A stretch of DNA of 64,000 nt. Origin: Microthrixaceae bacterium. Lineage in GTDB: Bacteria; Actinomycetota; Acidimicrobiia; Acidimicrobiales; Microtrichaceae. Below the pieces are notes generated by a model. That model did not search any database. It saw nothing but the letters and a program-made list of their open reading frames with translations, and was not told where the DNA came from. Of this stretch, positions 1 through 10,265 are shown in pieces (within the stretch, counting starts at the first letter, position 1; the number at the start of each line of letters is the position of its first letter). The position numbers were made by a program, and so were the translations under genes. The stretch lies in NCBI GenBank assembly GCA_037045265.1, contig JBAOHV010000004.1:186328-250327 (forward strand), written 5' to 3'.

Positions 1-1
1 G

Positions 2-85
2 GCCAACGTGATGGTGTTCCTGGCCAGCGACCTGTCGACCTACATGACCGGCGAGGTCGTGCCGGTCTCGAGCCAGCACGCCTGA
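2..85 (+). CDS. 3' end of an SDR-family oxidoreductase (5' part outside window)
   Basis: In-frame translation ANVMVFLASDLSTYMTGEVVPVSSQHA* with TGA at 83-85. The FLASD..SY.TG tail is typical of short-chain dehydrogenases. Confidence 0.55.
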   Translation, partial: ANVMVFLASDLSTYMTGEVVPVSSQHA

Positions 86-127
86 GCACCTGACCCCCCA
101 CCCGCACGCGACCCTGGAGCGATCCCG

Positions 128-598
128 ATGACCACTGCCCCGCTGACCACCGTGCAGAGCCCCTCCGAACTGCTCGACCTCGATGGCGCCGACCTGGGCG
201 TCACCGACTGGGAGCCCGTCACCCAGGAACAGGTGGATCTCTTCGCCGACTCGACCGGTGACCATCAGTGGATCCACGTCGACGTGGAGCGGGCGAACGC
301 CGAGTCCCCGTTCGGCGGACCGATCGCACACGGCTACCTCACCCTGTCGATGGTGAACCTGTTCCTGCCCAAGTTGCTCGAAGTGCAGGACGCCTCGATG
401 GGCGTGAACGTCGGTTTGGACAAGGTCCGCTTCCCCGCTCCTGTGCCGGTCGGATCCAGGCTGCGCGGTCGAGGTCGGATCGTCGCGGTCGAAGAGGCCA
501 AGGGTGGCGTGCAGGTCACCGTCCGGGTCACGGTCGAGCGCGAGGGTGCCGACAAGCCCGTCTGCATCGCCGACACCGTCAGCCGGTTCTTCCCCTGA
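128..598 (+). CDS. MaoC-like (R)-hydratase / hotdog-fold dehydratase
   Basis: 156 aa intact ORF. Carries GDHQWIHVDVERANAESPFGGPIAHGYLTLS, the MaoC dehydratase signature region. Confidence 0.85.
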   Translation: MTTAPLTTVQSPSELLDLDGADLGVTDWEPVTQEQVDLFADSTGDHQWIHVDVERANAESPFGGPIAHGYLTLSMVNLFLPKLLEVQDASMGVNVGLDKVRFPAPVPVGSRLRGRGRIVAVEEAKGGVQVTVRVTVEREGADKPVCIADTVSRFFP

Positions 599-624
599 AC
601 AGCCCGACCGGCTTGGCCAGCATT

Positions 625-640
625 GTTACCGACCGGTAAC
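625..640. promoter_or_regulatory. 16-bp near-perfect palindrome GTTACCGACCGGTAAC, candidate TetR-type operator upstream of the thiolase gene
   Basis: 7 of 8 base pairs are symmetric. It lies in the 133-nt gap between the MaoC and thiolase genes, about 90 nt upstream of the thiolase ATG. Confidence 0.3.
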
Positions 641-731
641 CTCCGTTGGTCGGCCGGCACCTGAGCCGGACCGATCGATCCACACGACCGGAGCGCCGCT
701 CGGCGGCGTCCACCTGCCCTGAGGGGGACCA

Positions 732-1970
732 ATGACCGAGGCCGTCATCGTCGCCACCGCCCGTACGCCGATCGGCCGTATGGCCAAAAGGGTTCGCTCA
801 AGGACATGCGTCCCGACGACCTGTCCGCGCACATCATCGCGAGGCCGTGCTCGACAAGGTGCCGGCGCTCGACCGCACCCAGATCGAGGACGTCCTGCTG
901 GGGCTGTGCGTCAGCCCGGCGGGCGAGTCCGGGCCACAACATCGCCCGCGTCGCGGCGCGTGCTCGCCGGACTGGACGACGTCCCGGGCTGCGACCGTCA
1001 ACCGCTACTGCTCGTCGTCGCTGCATGACGATCCGCATGGCTGCCCACGCCATCAAGGCGGGCGACGGCGACGTGTTCCTCTCCGGCGGCGTCGAGACCG
1101 TCAGCCGCTTCTTCAGTTCGGCATGGCCGACGGCGGCGCGACAGAACCCGATCTTCGCAGAGGCCGAGGCCCGCACCGCGCCCGCAGCGGCGGCGAGGGT
1201 GGTGCCCCCGTGTGGTCCCCGCCGGCCGGCCTTCCCGACATCTACCTCGCGATGGGCCAGACCGCCGAGAACGTCGCACAGTTCAAGAACGTGGGCTCGC
1301 GCCGGAGCCAGGACGAGTTCGCCGTGCGCAGCCAGAACCTGGCCGAGGAGAGCCTCGACAACGGCTTCTGGGACAGCCGAGATCACCCCGGTCGAGACCC
1401 CAGACGGCACGTGGTCACCAAGGACGACGGGATCCGCCCCGGCACCACCCTCGAGAAGGTCGTCGAGCCTGGCTCCAGCCGGTTTCCGTCCCGACGGCAC
1501 CGTGACCGCCGGCAACGCCTGCCCGCTCAACGACGGCGCCGCAGCCGTGCGTGGTCATGAGCGACACGAAGGCCAAGGAGCTGGGCATCACGCCACTGGC
1601 CCGCATCGTCTCGTCCGCCGCCACCGGCGCTGAACCCCGAGATCATGGGCCTCGGCCCGGTCGAGGCGGTCACGCAGGCGCTCGGCCGGGCGGGCATGAC
1701 GCGTCGGCGACATCGACCTGTTCGAGATCAACGAGGCGTTCGCCGCACAGGTCGTTGCCTTCGGCGTGCGAGCTCGGCATCCCCATGGACAAGCTCGAAC
1801 GCCCACGGCGGCTCGATCGCCCTGGGCCACCCCTTCGGCATGACCGGCGCCCGCATCATGACCACCCTGATCCACAACCTGGCGGAGTCCGACAAGGACC
1901 TTCGGCGTCGAGACCGATGTGCGTCGGCGGCGGCCAGGGCATGGCGATGGTGATCGAGCGCCTCAGCTGA
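732..1970 (+). pseudogene. acetyl-CoA C-acetyltransferase (thiolase), heavily frame-broken
   Basis: Thiolase segments are spread over all three + frames. Examples: [193 protein letters not shown]. By manual stitching there are about 18 frame changes. Confidence 0.85.
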
Positions 1971-1997
1971 ACCGAAGCCGATCCGGCTCGTTCTCCC

Positions 1998-2030
1998 GGT
2001 GGTCCCGGTCGCTCAGCGACCGGGACCACC
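1998..2030. terminator. perfect 15-bp stem / 3-nt loop hairpin between convergent thiolase and panD
   Basis: GGTGGTCCCGGTCGC tca GCGACCGGGACCACC, 28 nt after the thiolase stop. There is no U-tract, which is common in high-GC actinobacteria. Confidence 0.6.
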
Positions 2031-2032
2031 GA

Positions 2033-2071
2033 CGTTGTGGACCGAGGTTGTGGACCGACGTTGTGGACCGA
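2033..2071. repeat. 3 x 13-nt tandem repeat (C/G)GTTGTGGACCGA
   Basis: cgttgtggaccga / ggttgtggaccga / cgttgtggaccga. Sits directly after the hairpin and ends 4 nt before the panD stop. Confidence 0.8.
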
Positions 2072-2074
2072 CCG

Positions 2075-2449
2075 TCAGACCGACACGACCTCGGCGCGCA
2101 GCTCCTTGACCCGGTTGTGCTCGTCGACGAACACGGCAGTCGGCTGGTGCTCACGGGCCTCGGCGTCATCGACCTCGACGAAAGTCGCGAGGATGACGAC
2201 GTCGCCGGGGTGGATCAGGTGCGCCGCGGCGCCGTTGATGCCGATGACGCCCGAGCCCCGGGGCCCGGCGATCGCGTAGGTGGCCAGCCGGGCGCCGTTG
2301 GTGACATCCCAGATGTGGACCTCTTCCCATTCGAGGATGCCGGCGGTGTCGAGCAGGTCGGCGTCGATCGTCACCGAGCCCTCGTAGTCGACGTCCGCCA
2401 CGGTCACGGTGGCACGGTGGATCTTCGACGCGAACATGCGCCTGCGCAT
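2075..2449 (-). CDS. panD: aspartate 1-decarboxylase
   Basis: [38 protein letters not shown]...[17 protein letters not shown] at 2447-2449 is preceded by an AAGGAG RBS (2455-2460). The longer 202-aa ORF extension was rejected. Confidence 0.9.
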   Translation of the reverse strand: MRRRMFASKIHRATVTVADVDYEGSVTIDADLLDTAGILEWEEVHIWDVTNGARLATYAIAGPRGSGVIGINGAAAHLIHPGDVVILATFVEVDDAEAREHQPTAVFVDEHNRVKELRAEVVSV

Positions 2450-2620
2450 GACGGCTCCTTTCCCCACGACGGGGATTGACGGTCGCGCCCCGGAAGGGTG
2501 CGCGCTGCAAGCACAAGGTAACCAGAGTCGACCGCCTGACGAAAGGTCGGAGCGCCGGGTCGCCTCCAGCGTGAGCCCACGGTCGGGGCTGTCGTAGACC
2601 TTCTGTAGCGTCGTAGCCGG

Positions 2621-5600
2621 ATGCCTTCCTCTCACCTCCCACCCTCGCTGGACGTCCCTGGGGCACTCGCCGGATACGACCATCGCTCAGTCGAGCGCGG
2701 GGTGCGCTACGCGGCCCAGGGCCGTGTCGAGGTGCTCGACTCGGGGACGGGCTGGGTCACCGGCGAGGTGCAAGGAGGCCACTACGAGCCCTACGTGGTC
2801 GACGTCGAGTGGTTCGACGGTCCACGCGGCCAGGTGGTGAGCGACGAATGCAGCTGCCCGTTGGGCGGACGGTGCAAACACGCCGTCGCGCTGATCATCA
2901 CCTCGTCGCGTTCCAACGGCGCCGCTCAGCGGGCGACGGGCGGGTCGCCAGAGCCGCCGAAGGTGGACTGGCGACAGGCGCTGGCCAAGGTCGCCGTGGC
3001 CGAGTCGGCTGCTTCGCTGCCCCTGGCCCTGCAGTTCAGCGTTCAGGCCGCTGTCCCCACACGCTACGGAGCTCCGGCCGTGGCGCAGCTCGTGGTCAGA
3101 CCGATGCGAATGGGCGCCAAGGGCCGCTGGGTCAAGTCAGGTGCTTCCTGGCGAGACGTCGAGTCGCCGTACCTGCACTACGACCTCCGCGGCACCGATC
3201 CGTCCCAACTCGGCGCTCTGCGGGCGATGATCCATTCCTCGGGCAGCTCGATGTACTCCGTCGGCAGTGGCGTCGTCGCGCTGGACCGGTTCGGGCCCGG
3301 GATGTGGCCAGCGCTTCGACATGCCATCGGGCTGGGCGTGGAGCTGATCGGCCTCGACGAGTCGACGACCGTCGAGCTGGCACCCGACACTGCGGCGTTC
3401 ACCGTCGACCTGACAGCGACCACGGACGAGGGAATCCACGTGCGTGCAGGATTCGCCCGCGGTGGCAAGTCGGTGGAGCTGTCCTCCGGTCACGGCGCGA
3501 CGATCGGTTCGCCGCCGAGCGGGCTGTACGTCCTGGAACAGGGAAGGATCGAACTGGTCGAGCTCGAACAGCCGCTGGCCGACGGACTCGTCCCGTTGCT
3601 GAGTGCCGCCCAGCTCGACATCCCCCGCCACGACGTCGACGAGTTCCTCGACGTCTACCAGCCCCGACTGGCGCTTTCGGCAACCGTCGGCTCGTCGGAC
3701 GGCTCGGTGACAGACCACGTATCGGAGCTGGTCGGGCTGGTCGCCAAGGTCGACCACCATGCCGTGGACGCTGCTCGTCTCGAGTGGTGGGTCCGATACC
3801 GCCGGGGGAACCGCATCACTGACCATGCGCTCAACGCCAGGACAGGCGCCGTTCGCGATCGCTCCGGCGAGGCCGAACTCGTGGCGACGCTCGAGCTCCC
3901 CCCGAAGTTGCTCGAGCCGCTGGCCGACCCCGCCGGGCGCCCGCTCAACCTGAGTGTCAGCGGATCCAACACGGTGGTGCTCCTGAGCCAGGTGGTGCCT
4001 TGGCTCATCGAACGCGATCAGGTGACCGTAGAGGTGAGGGGCGACGCTCCCGAGCTTCGCCAAGCCGTCGGGGACCCACTGATCCACCTCGAGGTGAGCG
4101 ACGCCACCGACGATGACCGCAACGACTGGTTCGACCTGGCAGTGCAGGTCAGCATCGACGGCCAGCCCATCGCGTTCGCGGATCTGTTCAGTGCCCTGGC
4201 CCTGGACGAGCCCGTGCTCGTGCTCCCGAGCGGCACCTGGCTCACGCTCGACCGACCCGAGCTGGACCGGCTCCGCGAGCTCATCAGCGAAGCCCGTGGC
4301 CTGACCGACCCCGACGGAGACGGCCCGATCCGCATCAACCGATTCCAGTCGAGCTGGTGGGACGAGCTCATGGCGCTCGGGGTCGTGAGGTCGCAGTCGG
4401 AGCGGTGGGAGCGCAGCGTCGCCCGCATGTCCGAGCTCAGCGCCCCCGAACCGGTCGAGCCCTCGGGTGGGCTCGCGGCCAAGCTGCGCCACTACCAGCA
4501 GGAAGGCCTCGACTGGCTCGCGTTCCTTCACCGCAACGAGCTGGGCGGGATCCTCGCCGACGACATGGGGCTTGGCAAGACGATCCAGACCCTCGCGCTG
4601 TTCCTCCACGTCCTCGACCGACACCCGGATGCCCGTTTCCTGGTCGTCGCGCCTACCAGCGTGGTGAGCAACTGGCATCACGAGGCAGGGGTGTTCGCAC
4701 CCGGCATCGAAGTGCGCACAATCACCGAGACGCAGGCGCGCCGCGGCACCGACCTGGCCGGCGTCATCGGAGACGCCAGGGTCGTGGTCACCTCGTACGC
4801 GTTGTTCCGCCTCGAGTCAGACGACTACGCGGCCCTCGACTGGGAGATGCTCGTCCTGGACGAGGCTCAGTTCGTGAAGAACCACCGGGGCAAGACCTAC
4901 CAGTGCGTTCGCCGTCTGGATGCAACCATCAAGCTCGCCATCACCGGCACACCAATCGAGAACAGCCTCATGGACCTCTGGTCCCTGCTGTCGATCGTCG
5001 CACCGGGCCTGTACCCAGATCCGCGACGGTTCTCCGAGGTGTACCGCAAGCCAATCGAGAGCGGCCGGGCGCCGGACCTGCTCACGACGCTCCGCCGCCG
5101 CGTCCGCGCCGCTCATGCGCCGGCGAACCAAGGACGAGGTCCTCACCGAGCTGCCGCCCAAGATCGAACAGACGATCGAGGTCGAGCTGGGCCCCAAGCA
5201 CATGCGCCTCTACCAGACCCAGCTCCAGCAGCAACGCAAGAAGGTCCTGGGCCTGGTGGGCGACGTCGACAAGCACCGCTTCGAGATCCTCCGATCGCTC
5301 ACGATCCTGCGCCAGCTCAGCCTCGACCCTGCCCTGATCGACGATTCACACGCTTCGATCGGATCCGCCAAGATCGACCGGCTGCTCGACGACCTCACCC
5401 AGGTGATCGCCGAAGGTCACCGCGCTCTGGTCTTCTCGACCTTCACGCGGTACCTGTCACGGGTGAAGGCCAGGCTCGACGACGCCGGGATCTCCTACTC
5501 ATACCTCGATGGCAGGACCCGCAAGCGAGAACAGGCGATAAGCGCCTTCACCGACGGTGACGTCCCGGTCTTCGTCATCAGCCTGAAGGCAGGCGGCTTC

Positions 5601-5876
5601 GGGTTGAACCTCACCCAGGCCGACTACTGCTTCGTCCTGGACCCATGGTGGAACCCTGCGGCGGAGACCCAGGCCGTCGACCGGGCACACCGCATCGGCC
5701 AGGACAACAACGTCGTGGTGTACCGCTACGTGTCGACCGGCACGATCGAGGAGAAGGTCATGGAGCTCAAGGAGCGCAAGGCCGCGCTGTTCTCGAGTGT
5801 CATGGACGCAGACGACAAGCTCGCCGGAGCGCTCGACGCCAACGACATCCGCGCGCTGATCGATCTACCTGGCTGA
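2621..5876 (+). pseudogene. SWIM zinc-finger + SNF2/RAD54-family helicase, one frame break near 5109
   Basis: N-terminal SWIM motif CSCPLGGRCKHAVAL. Helicase motifs LRHYQQEGLDWL, ILADDMGLGKT, LVLDEAQFVKN. After ...LRRRVR the reading continues in the 4920 frame: PLMRRRTKDEVLTELPPK...DPWWNPAAETQAVDRAHRIGQ... Confidence 0.85.
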
Positions 5877-5950
5877 TCGATCTACCAGGCTGGCCGACCT
5901 TCCGGCTGACCGTCCTCGCGGCTGACCGTCCTCGTGGCTACCTCCGAGCT
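5855..5950. repeat. degenerate tandem array of about six 16-17-nt units starting GGCTGA/GGCTGG, spanning the SNF2 stop codon
   Basis: gctgatcgatctacct / ggctgatcgatctacca / ggctggccgaccttcc / ggctgaccgtcctcgc / ggctgaccgtcctcgt / ggctacctccgagct. The gene's TGA (5874-5876) lies inside unit 2. A second in-frame TGA is at 5907. Confidence 0.7.
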
Positions 5951-5992
5951 GGGCGGGGAGCGACCTGCTCCGCGGCGTTGCAGAATGCGCCC

Positions 5993-7397
5993 ATGGCTTT
6001 CCCCACCAGTACGGCGTCGGCACAGGGCATCGACGCATCGGCCCTGCTGAGCTTCGTTGACACGCTGGACACCGACGCACGCTTCGAGCCTCACGGGCTG
6101 ATCGTGCAGCGCCACGGACGGCGTGTGCTGGAGGCCTACTGGAGCCCACACCGCCCGGGCCAGGCCCGGCTCGTCTACTCGCTCAGCAAGTCGTTCACCG
6201 GTGCGGCCCTCGCTCTCGCCGTGGGTGACGGCCGGCTCACATTGGACGATCTGGTCGTCGACCATCTGGGCGACCTGATGGAGAACGCGGACGAGCGAAC
6301 GCCGCCGCATGCAGATCCGCCACATCGCTTCCATGTCCTCGGGTCACCGCGACGAGACGCTGCTCGACGCCTTCATGGCCGAGCCGGAGGACCCGCTACG
6401 CGGCTTCTTCGCACTCACACCGGAGCACGAGCCGGGCACCTGGTTCGCCTACAACCAGCCGCCGGTGCTCGCGTTGAGTGCCGTTCTGCACCGGGTGACG
6501 GGTGAGCGACTGAGTGACCAGCTCCGCCCGCGGGTCCTCGCCCCGCTGGGGATCGACAACCTCGAGTGGTACCGGTACCAGCCAGGCATCGACCTGGGGT
6601 TCTCCGGAGTGTTCACCGACCTGGACGCGATCGCCCGGTTCGGCCAGTTGCATCTGGACGACGGCGTGTGGGCCGGTCGCAGGCTCCTCCCCGACGGATG
6701 GGTCGCCCAGGCGTCGCGCCCGCAGATCAGCAACGCTCAGCGCACCGAGCCCGACTGGAGCCGCGGCTACGGGTTCCAGCTGTGGATGTGCCGGCACGGG
6801 TACCGCGGCGACGGTGCGTTCGGCCAGTACATGGTCGTCCTGCCCGAGCAGGACGCCGTCATCGCGTTCTTCTCACACACCGAACCGATGCAACCGTTCA
6901 TGGACCTGATCTGGGACCGGCTGATCCCCGCTTTCGGAGCCGTCGGAGCACCCGATCATGTGGGCGACGCGGCGGTCGCCGAGCGCACCTCGGGACTGAT
7001 GCTGAGCACCGCCGCACAGCGTTCCGGGTGGAACCGACCGGTCGGCGACGCGGCCGTCGGCGCCTATGTGCCGCGGCCCGGCTCCAGCAGCCACCCGAGC
7101 ATCACCGAAGTCGAGATCACCGACGGTCAACTGGTCCTGCACGAAGGCGATCTGGTCACCAGGGTGGCGCTGACCTCGTCGTGGACCGATGTGACGGGCG
7201 CTCCGATCGCAGCGAGCGCGGCCGTCGGGAACGACGGCGCGGTGACGGCCGACCTGGCGATGCTGGCGTCTCCTCACCGCATGGAGCTGACCACCGATCC
7301 GGCCAGCTCCACGTTCGTCGCGACCTGGTCCCTGGCCCCGCTCTTCGGGCTGGGCCTCGAACCGGTGCTGGCGCTGATGCGACCCCCGTCGTCGTAG
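5993..7397 (+). pseudogene. serine hydrolase of the beta-lactamase/transpeptidase-like family, one frame break near 6302
   Basis: MAFPTSTASAQGIDASALLSF...VYSLSKSFTGAALA (SxxK motif). Frame switches at ...ENADERT to RRMQIRHIASMSSGH... (the 6309 ORF), which runs to the stop at 7397. Confidence 0.8.
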
Positions 7398-7429
7398 CAT
7401 CGCCCGACGAGGACCGAGGGGGCTCGCAC

Positions 7430-10117
7430 ATGGGTGATGGAAACGCAGCTATCGCTTGGCACGCTCTGGGTGCCGATGAAACCATCGCCGCTCTGGGGTC
7501 GAACCTGGTGCAGGGGCTCGGCACCGCCGATGCGGCCGCCAGGTTGAACAGGACCGGTCCGAACGAGCTCGCCGAGTCGGCATCGCGCCCGGCCTGGAGG
7601 GTCCTGCTCGACCAGTACCGCGACTTCATGCAGTTCCTGCTGATCGGCGCCGGAGTCGTCAGCTGCGTCATCGGGCAGTTCTCCACCGGCGTGATGCTCT
7701 TCGCCCTCACCGTGCTCAACGCCTTCATGGGGTATCGCCAGGAGGCCAAGGCCGAAGCCGCCGTCGCAGCGCTGCAGGAGATGATGCACGTCTCGGCAAG
7801 AGTGCTGCGCGACGGTGAGCTCACCGAGATCGATGCACGTGAGCTCGTTCCGGGCGACGTGGTCGATGTGGAGGCCGGCGACCTGGTGCCGGCCGACGGA
7901 CGGATCGTCAGGGCCGCGACCCTCGAGATCGAGGAGTCGGCGCTGACCGGCGAGAGCCAGCCCTCGTCCAAGTCGGCGGAGACCGTCGAAGGCGACGGGG
8001 TGGCACTGGGCGATCGTCACGACATGGCATACCTGAACACGCAGGTCACCCGAGGGACCGGGAGGCTGATCGTGACAGGCACCGGCATGGCCACCGAGAT
8101 GGGTCGTATCGCCGGGATGCTCGACGAGGTGCAGGTCGAGCTGTCACCGCTTCAGCGTCAGATGAACCAGCTCGCCAAGGTGTTCGCCTATGTGGCGGGA
8201 CTGACGATCGCTCTCATGATGGTCGCCGGGCTGATCCGCGGCCTCGCCCGCGACGAGCTGTTCCTGCTCGGTATCACCGTCGCCGTCGGGGCGATCCCAA
8301 CCGGGCTGCCGATCATCATGACTTCGCTGCTGTCGATCGGCACCCGTCAGCTCGCCGAGCACAGGGCGGTCGTCAAGGACCTCACATCGGTCGAGACCCT
8401 CGGCTCCACCTCAGCCATCTGCTCGGACAAGACCGGGACGCTCACCCTGAACCAGATGACGGTCCGGGTGATCGCGACTGCCTCCGGGAGGTTCACCGTC
8501 GAGGGCAGCGGCTACGGATCCACAGGCGCGATCCTGCACCCGACCGGCGTGGACACGACAGCGCTCGAGCTACCGCTGACCGCCATGGCTCTGTGCAGCG
8601 ACGCCACCGTGCGCGACGGTGTCCTGTTGGGCGACCCGACCGAGGGGGCCGTCGTGGCGGTGGCTGCCAAGGGCGGCATCGATGTCGAGGCCACCCGGCT
8701 GCACTGCCCGCGGCGCGCCGAGCTGCCGTTCGACTCGGACTACAAGCTCATGGCCACCTTCCACGACTGGACCGACGACTCGGGCCGAGAGGTCGTGCGG
8801 TGCTTCATCAAGGGAGCACCCGACGTGATCCTGGCGAGGTCGTCCACAGCCCAGGGTCAAGAACAGAAGGTCTCGATCGAGCTTGCGACAGAGCTCGTCG
8901 AGACGACCAACCGCTCATTCGCGGAGCAGGGTCTACGGGTGCTCGCCTGCGCCTACCGGGACCTGGACCGAGACTCGTTCGACCCCTCCGCAGACATGCT
9001 CGAGCTGGTCTCGGAGCTCACGCTGCTTGGGTTGTTCGGCATCGTCGACCCACCGAGACCCGAGGCGCGCGACGCCATCGCCACGGCACGCAAGGCGGGG
9101 ATCCGGGTGCGGATGATCACCGGTGACCACGCGGTCACCGCCTCCGCGATCGCCGGTGAGCTCGGGATCGAAGGTCGGGCGATGACCGGTGCCGACCTCG
9201 ATCAGCTGAGCGACGAGGAACTGCAGGAGCAGATCGACGACATCGGAGTCATCGGCCGGGTCGCTCCCGAGCACAAGGTGCGGCTGGTGCGCTCGCTGCG
9301 CTCGCGCGGCGAGGTCGTCGCCATGACAGGTGACGGCGTGAACGATGCCCCCGCACTCAAGGCCGCCGACATCGGTGTAGCCATGGGGATCACCGGGACC
9401 GAGGTGTCCAAGCAGGCAGCACGGATGATCCTTACGGACGACAACTTCGCGACCATCGTCGAGGCCGTCCGCCAGGGCCGCGGGGTCTACGAGAACCTGA
9501 TGGAGTACATCCGGTTCCAGACCGCGTCGCTCGTCGCCTTCGTGGCTGCGTTCGTCGGGGCGACTCTGCTCAACATCGCCCAGGGTGCCCCACTCAACCC
9601 GGTGCAGCTGCTCTGGATCAGCTTCGTCATCATCGCTCCGCTGGGGGTCGCTCTCGGTTTCGACGGGACCAAGGACACCGTGATGGAACTGTCGCCGCGC
9701 GACCCGTCGAAGCCGGTGCTCGACACCAGTCGTTGGCTCCGACTGTCGCTGCTGGGTGTGACCATGGCGGCGGTCACGCTGGTCGTCACGGCCTCGGCAC
9801 CCGGCAACGCCGAACTCGGCGAGGCGACCGTGTCGAACACCATGGCGTTCGTGGTCATGTCGCTGAGCTGCATCGTCTGCGCGCTGTGTTGTCGGGACGA
9901 GTTCGACTCCGTGTTCGGCTCCGACCCCTTCGACAACACCAGGCTGCTGCGCTCCCTGATCGTGACCGGCGTGGTGACCGTGCTGGCCACCGAGTTGTCG
10001 TTCCTCCAGCAATGGCTGCTCACGACCCCGCTGTCGGCCCGCCAATGGGGCATCTGCCTGGTGGGCGCCGCGGTCGTCATCGCCGTCGACGAGGGGCGCA
10101 AGCTCGCCGAGCGCTGA
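7430..10117 (+). CDS. P-type cation-transporting ATPase (P2-type, Ca2+/Mg2+-like)
   Basis: Start MGDGNAAIAWHAL with a GAGGGGG RBS. Motifs TGES, ICSDKTGTLT, MITGD, MTGDGVNDAPALK. About 895 aa. The upstream part of the 1183-aa ORF overlaps the previous gene and is rejected. Confidence 0.9.
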   Translation: MGDGNAAIAWHALGADETIAALGSNLVQGLGTADAAARLNRTGPNELAESASRPAWRVLLDQYRDFMQFLLIGAGVVSCVIGQFSTGVMLFALTVLNAFMGYRQEAKAEAAVAALQEMMHVSARVLRDGELTEIDARELVPGDVVDVEAGDLVPADGRIVRAATLEIEESALTGESQPSSKSAETVEGDGVALGDRHDMAYLNTQVTRGTGRLIVTGTGMATEMGRIAGMLDEVQVELSPLQRQMNQLAKVFAYVAGLTIALMMVAGLIRGLARDELFLLGITVAVGAIPTGLPIIMTSLLSIGTRQLAEHRAVVKDLTSVETLGSTSAICSDKTGTLTLNQMTVRVIATASGRFTVEGSGYGSTGAILHPTGVDTTALELPLTAMALCSDATVRDGVLLGDPTEGAVVAVAAKGGIDVEATRLHCPRRAELPFDSDYKLMATFHDWTDDSGREVVRCFIKGAPDVILARSSTAQGQEQKVSIELATELVETTNRSFAEQGLRVLACAYRDLDRDSFDPSADMLELVSELTLLGLFGIVDPPRPEARDAIATARKAGIRVRMITGDHAVTASAIAGELGIEGRAMTGADLDQLSDEELQEQIDDIGVIGRVAPEHKVRLVRSLRSRGEVVAMTGDGVNDAPALKAADIGVAMGITGTEVSKQAARMILTDDNFATIVEAVRQGRGVYENLMEYIRFQTASLVAFVAAFVGATLLNIAQGAPLNPVQLLWISFVIIAPLGVALGFDGTKDTVMELSPRDPSKPVLDTSRWLRLSLLGVTMAAVTLVVTASAPGNAELGEATVSNTMAFVVMSLSCIVCALCCRDEFDSVFGSDPFDNTRLLRSLIVTGVVTVLATELSFLQQWLLTTPLSARQWGICLVGAAVVIAVDEGRKLAER

Positions 10118-10265
10118 GCCCCAGCAGAAACCGACTACAGGCGGCGCACGGGAACCGGCTTTGCTATGGCGGTGAATCCGACCGCCGCCACCAGCTTCCC
10201 GCTCTCGAGCACACCACCTCTGCCGCGACATCTGGCGCCACGCTTCGCGTCGCCGTCCCCGCATC

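Noticed and set aside
732-1970. Programmed ribosomal frameshifting or a genuine ancient pseudogene as the explanation for the thiolase
   Set aside because: About 18 switches in both directions cannot be programmed. The conserved peptide fragments, with few apparent substitutions, are inconsistent with long neutral decay. A technical artefact is favoured but unproven.
3137-4681. 514-aa minus-strand ORF inside the SNF2 helicase; also 8933-10525 (-) inside the ATPase and 38620-39927 (+) opposite nadB/panC
   Set aside because: These are antisense shadow ORFs. The opposite strand has unambiguous family motifs.
2621-5876. SWIM-SNF2 helicase as part of a phage-defence system (DISARM/Zorya-like)
   Set aside because: There are no partner genes adjacent (methyltransferase, DUF1998, PLD, ZorA/B-like). 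A stand-alone SWIM-SNF2 protein is a common actinobacterial housekeeping-type gene.
6566-7429. N-terminal 288 aa of the 1183-aa ORF as part of the P-type ATPase
   Set aside because: This part overlaps the serine-hydrolase gene in another frame and is Arg/Pro-rich. The ATPase homology and an RBS begin at ATG 7430.
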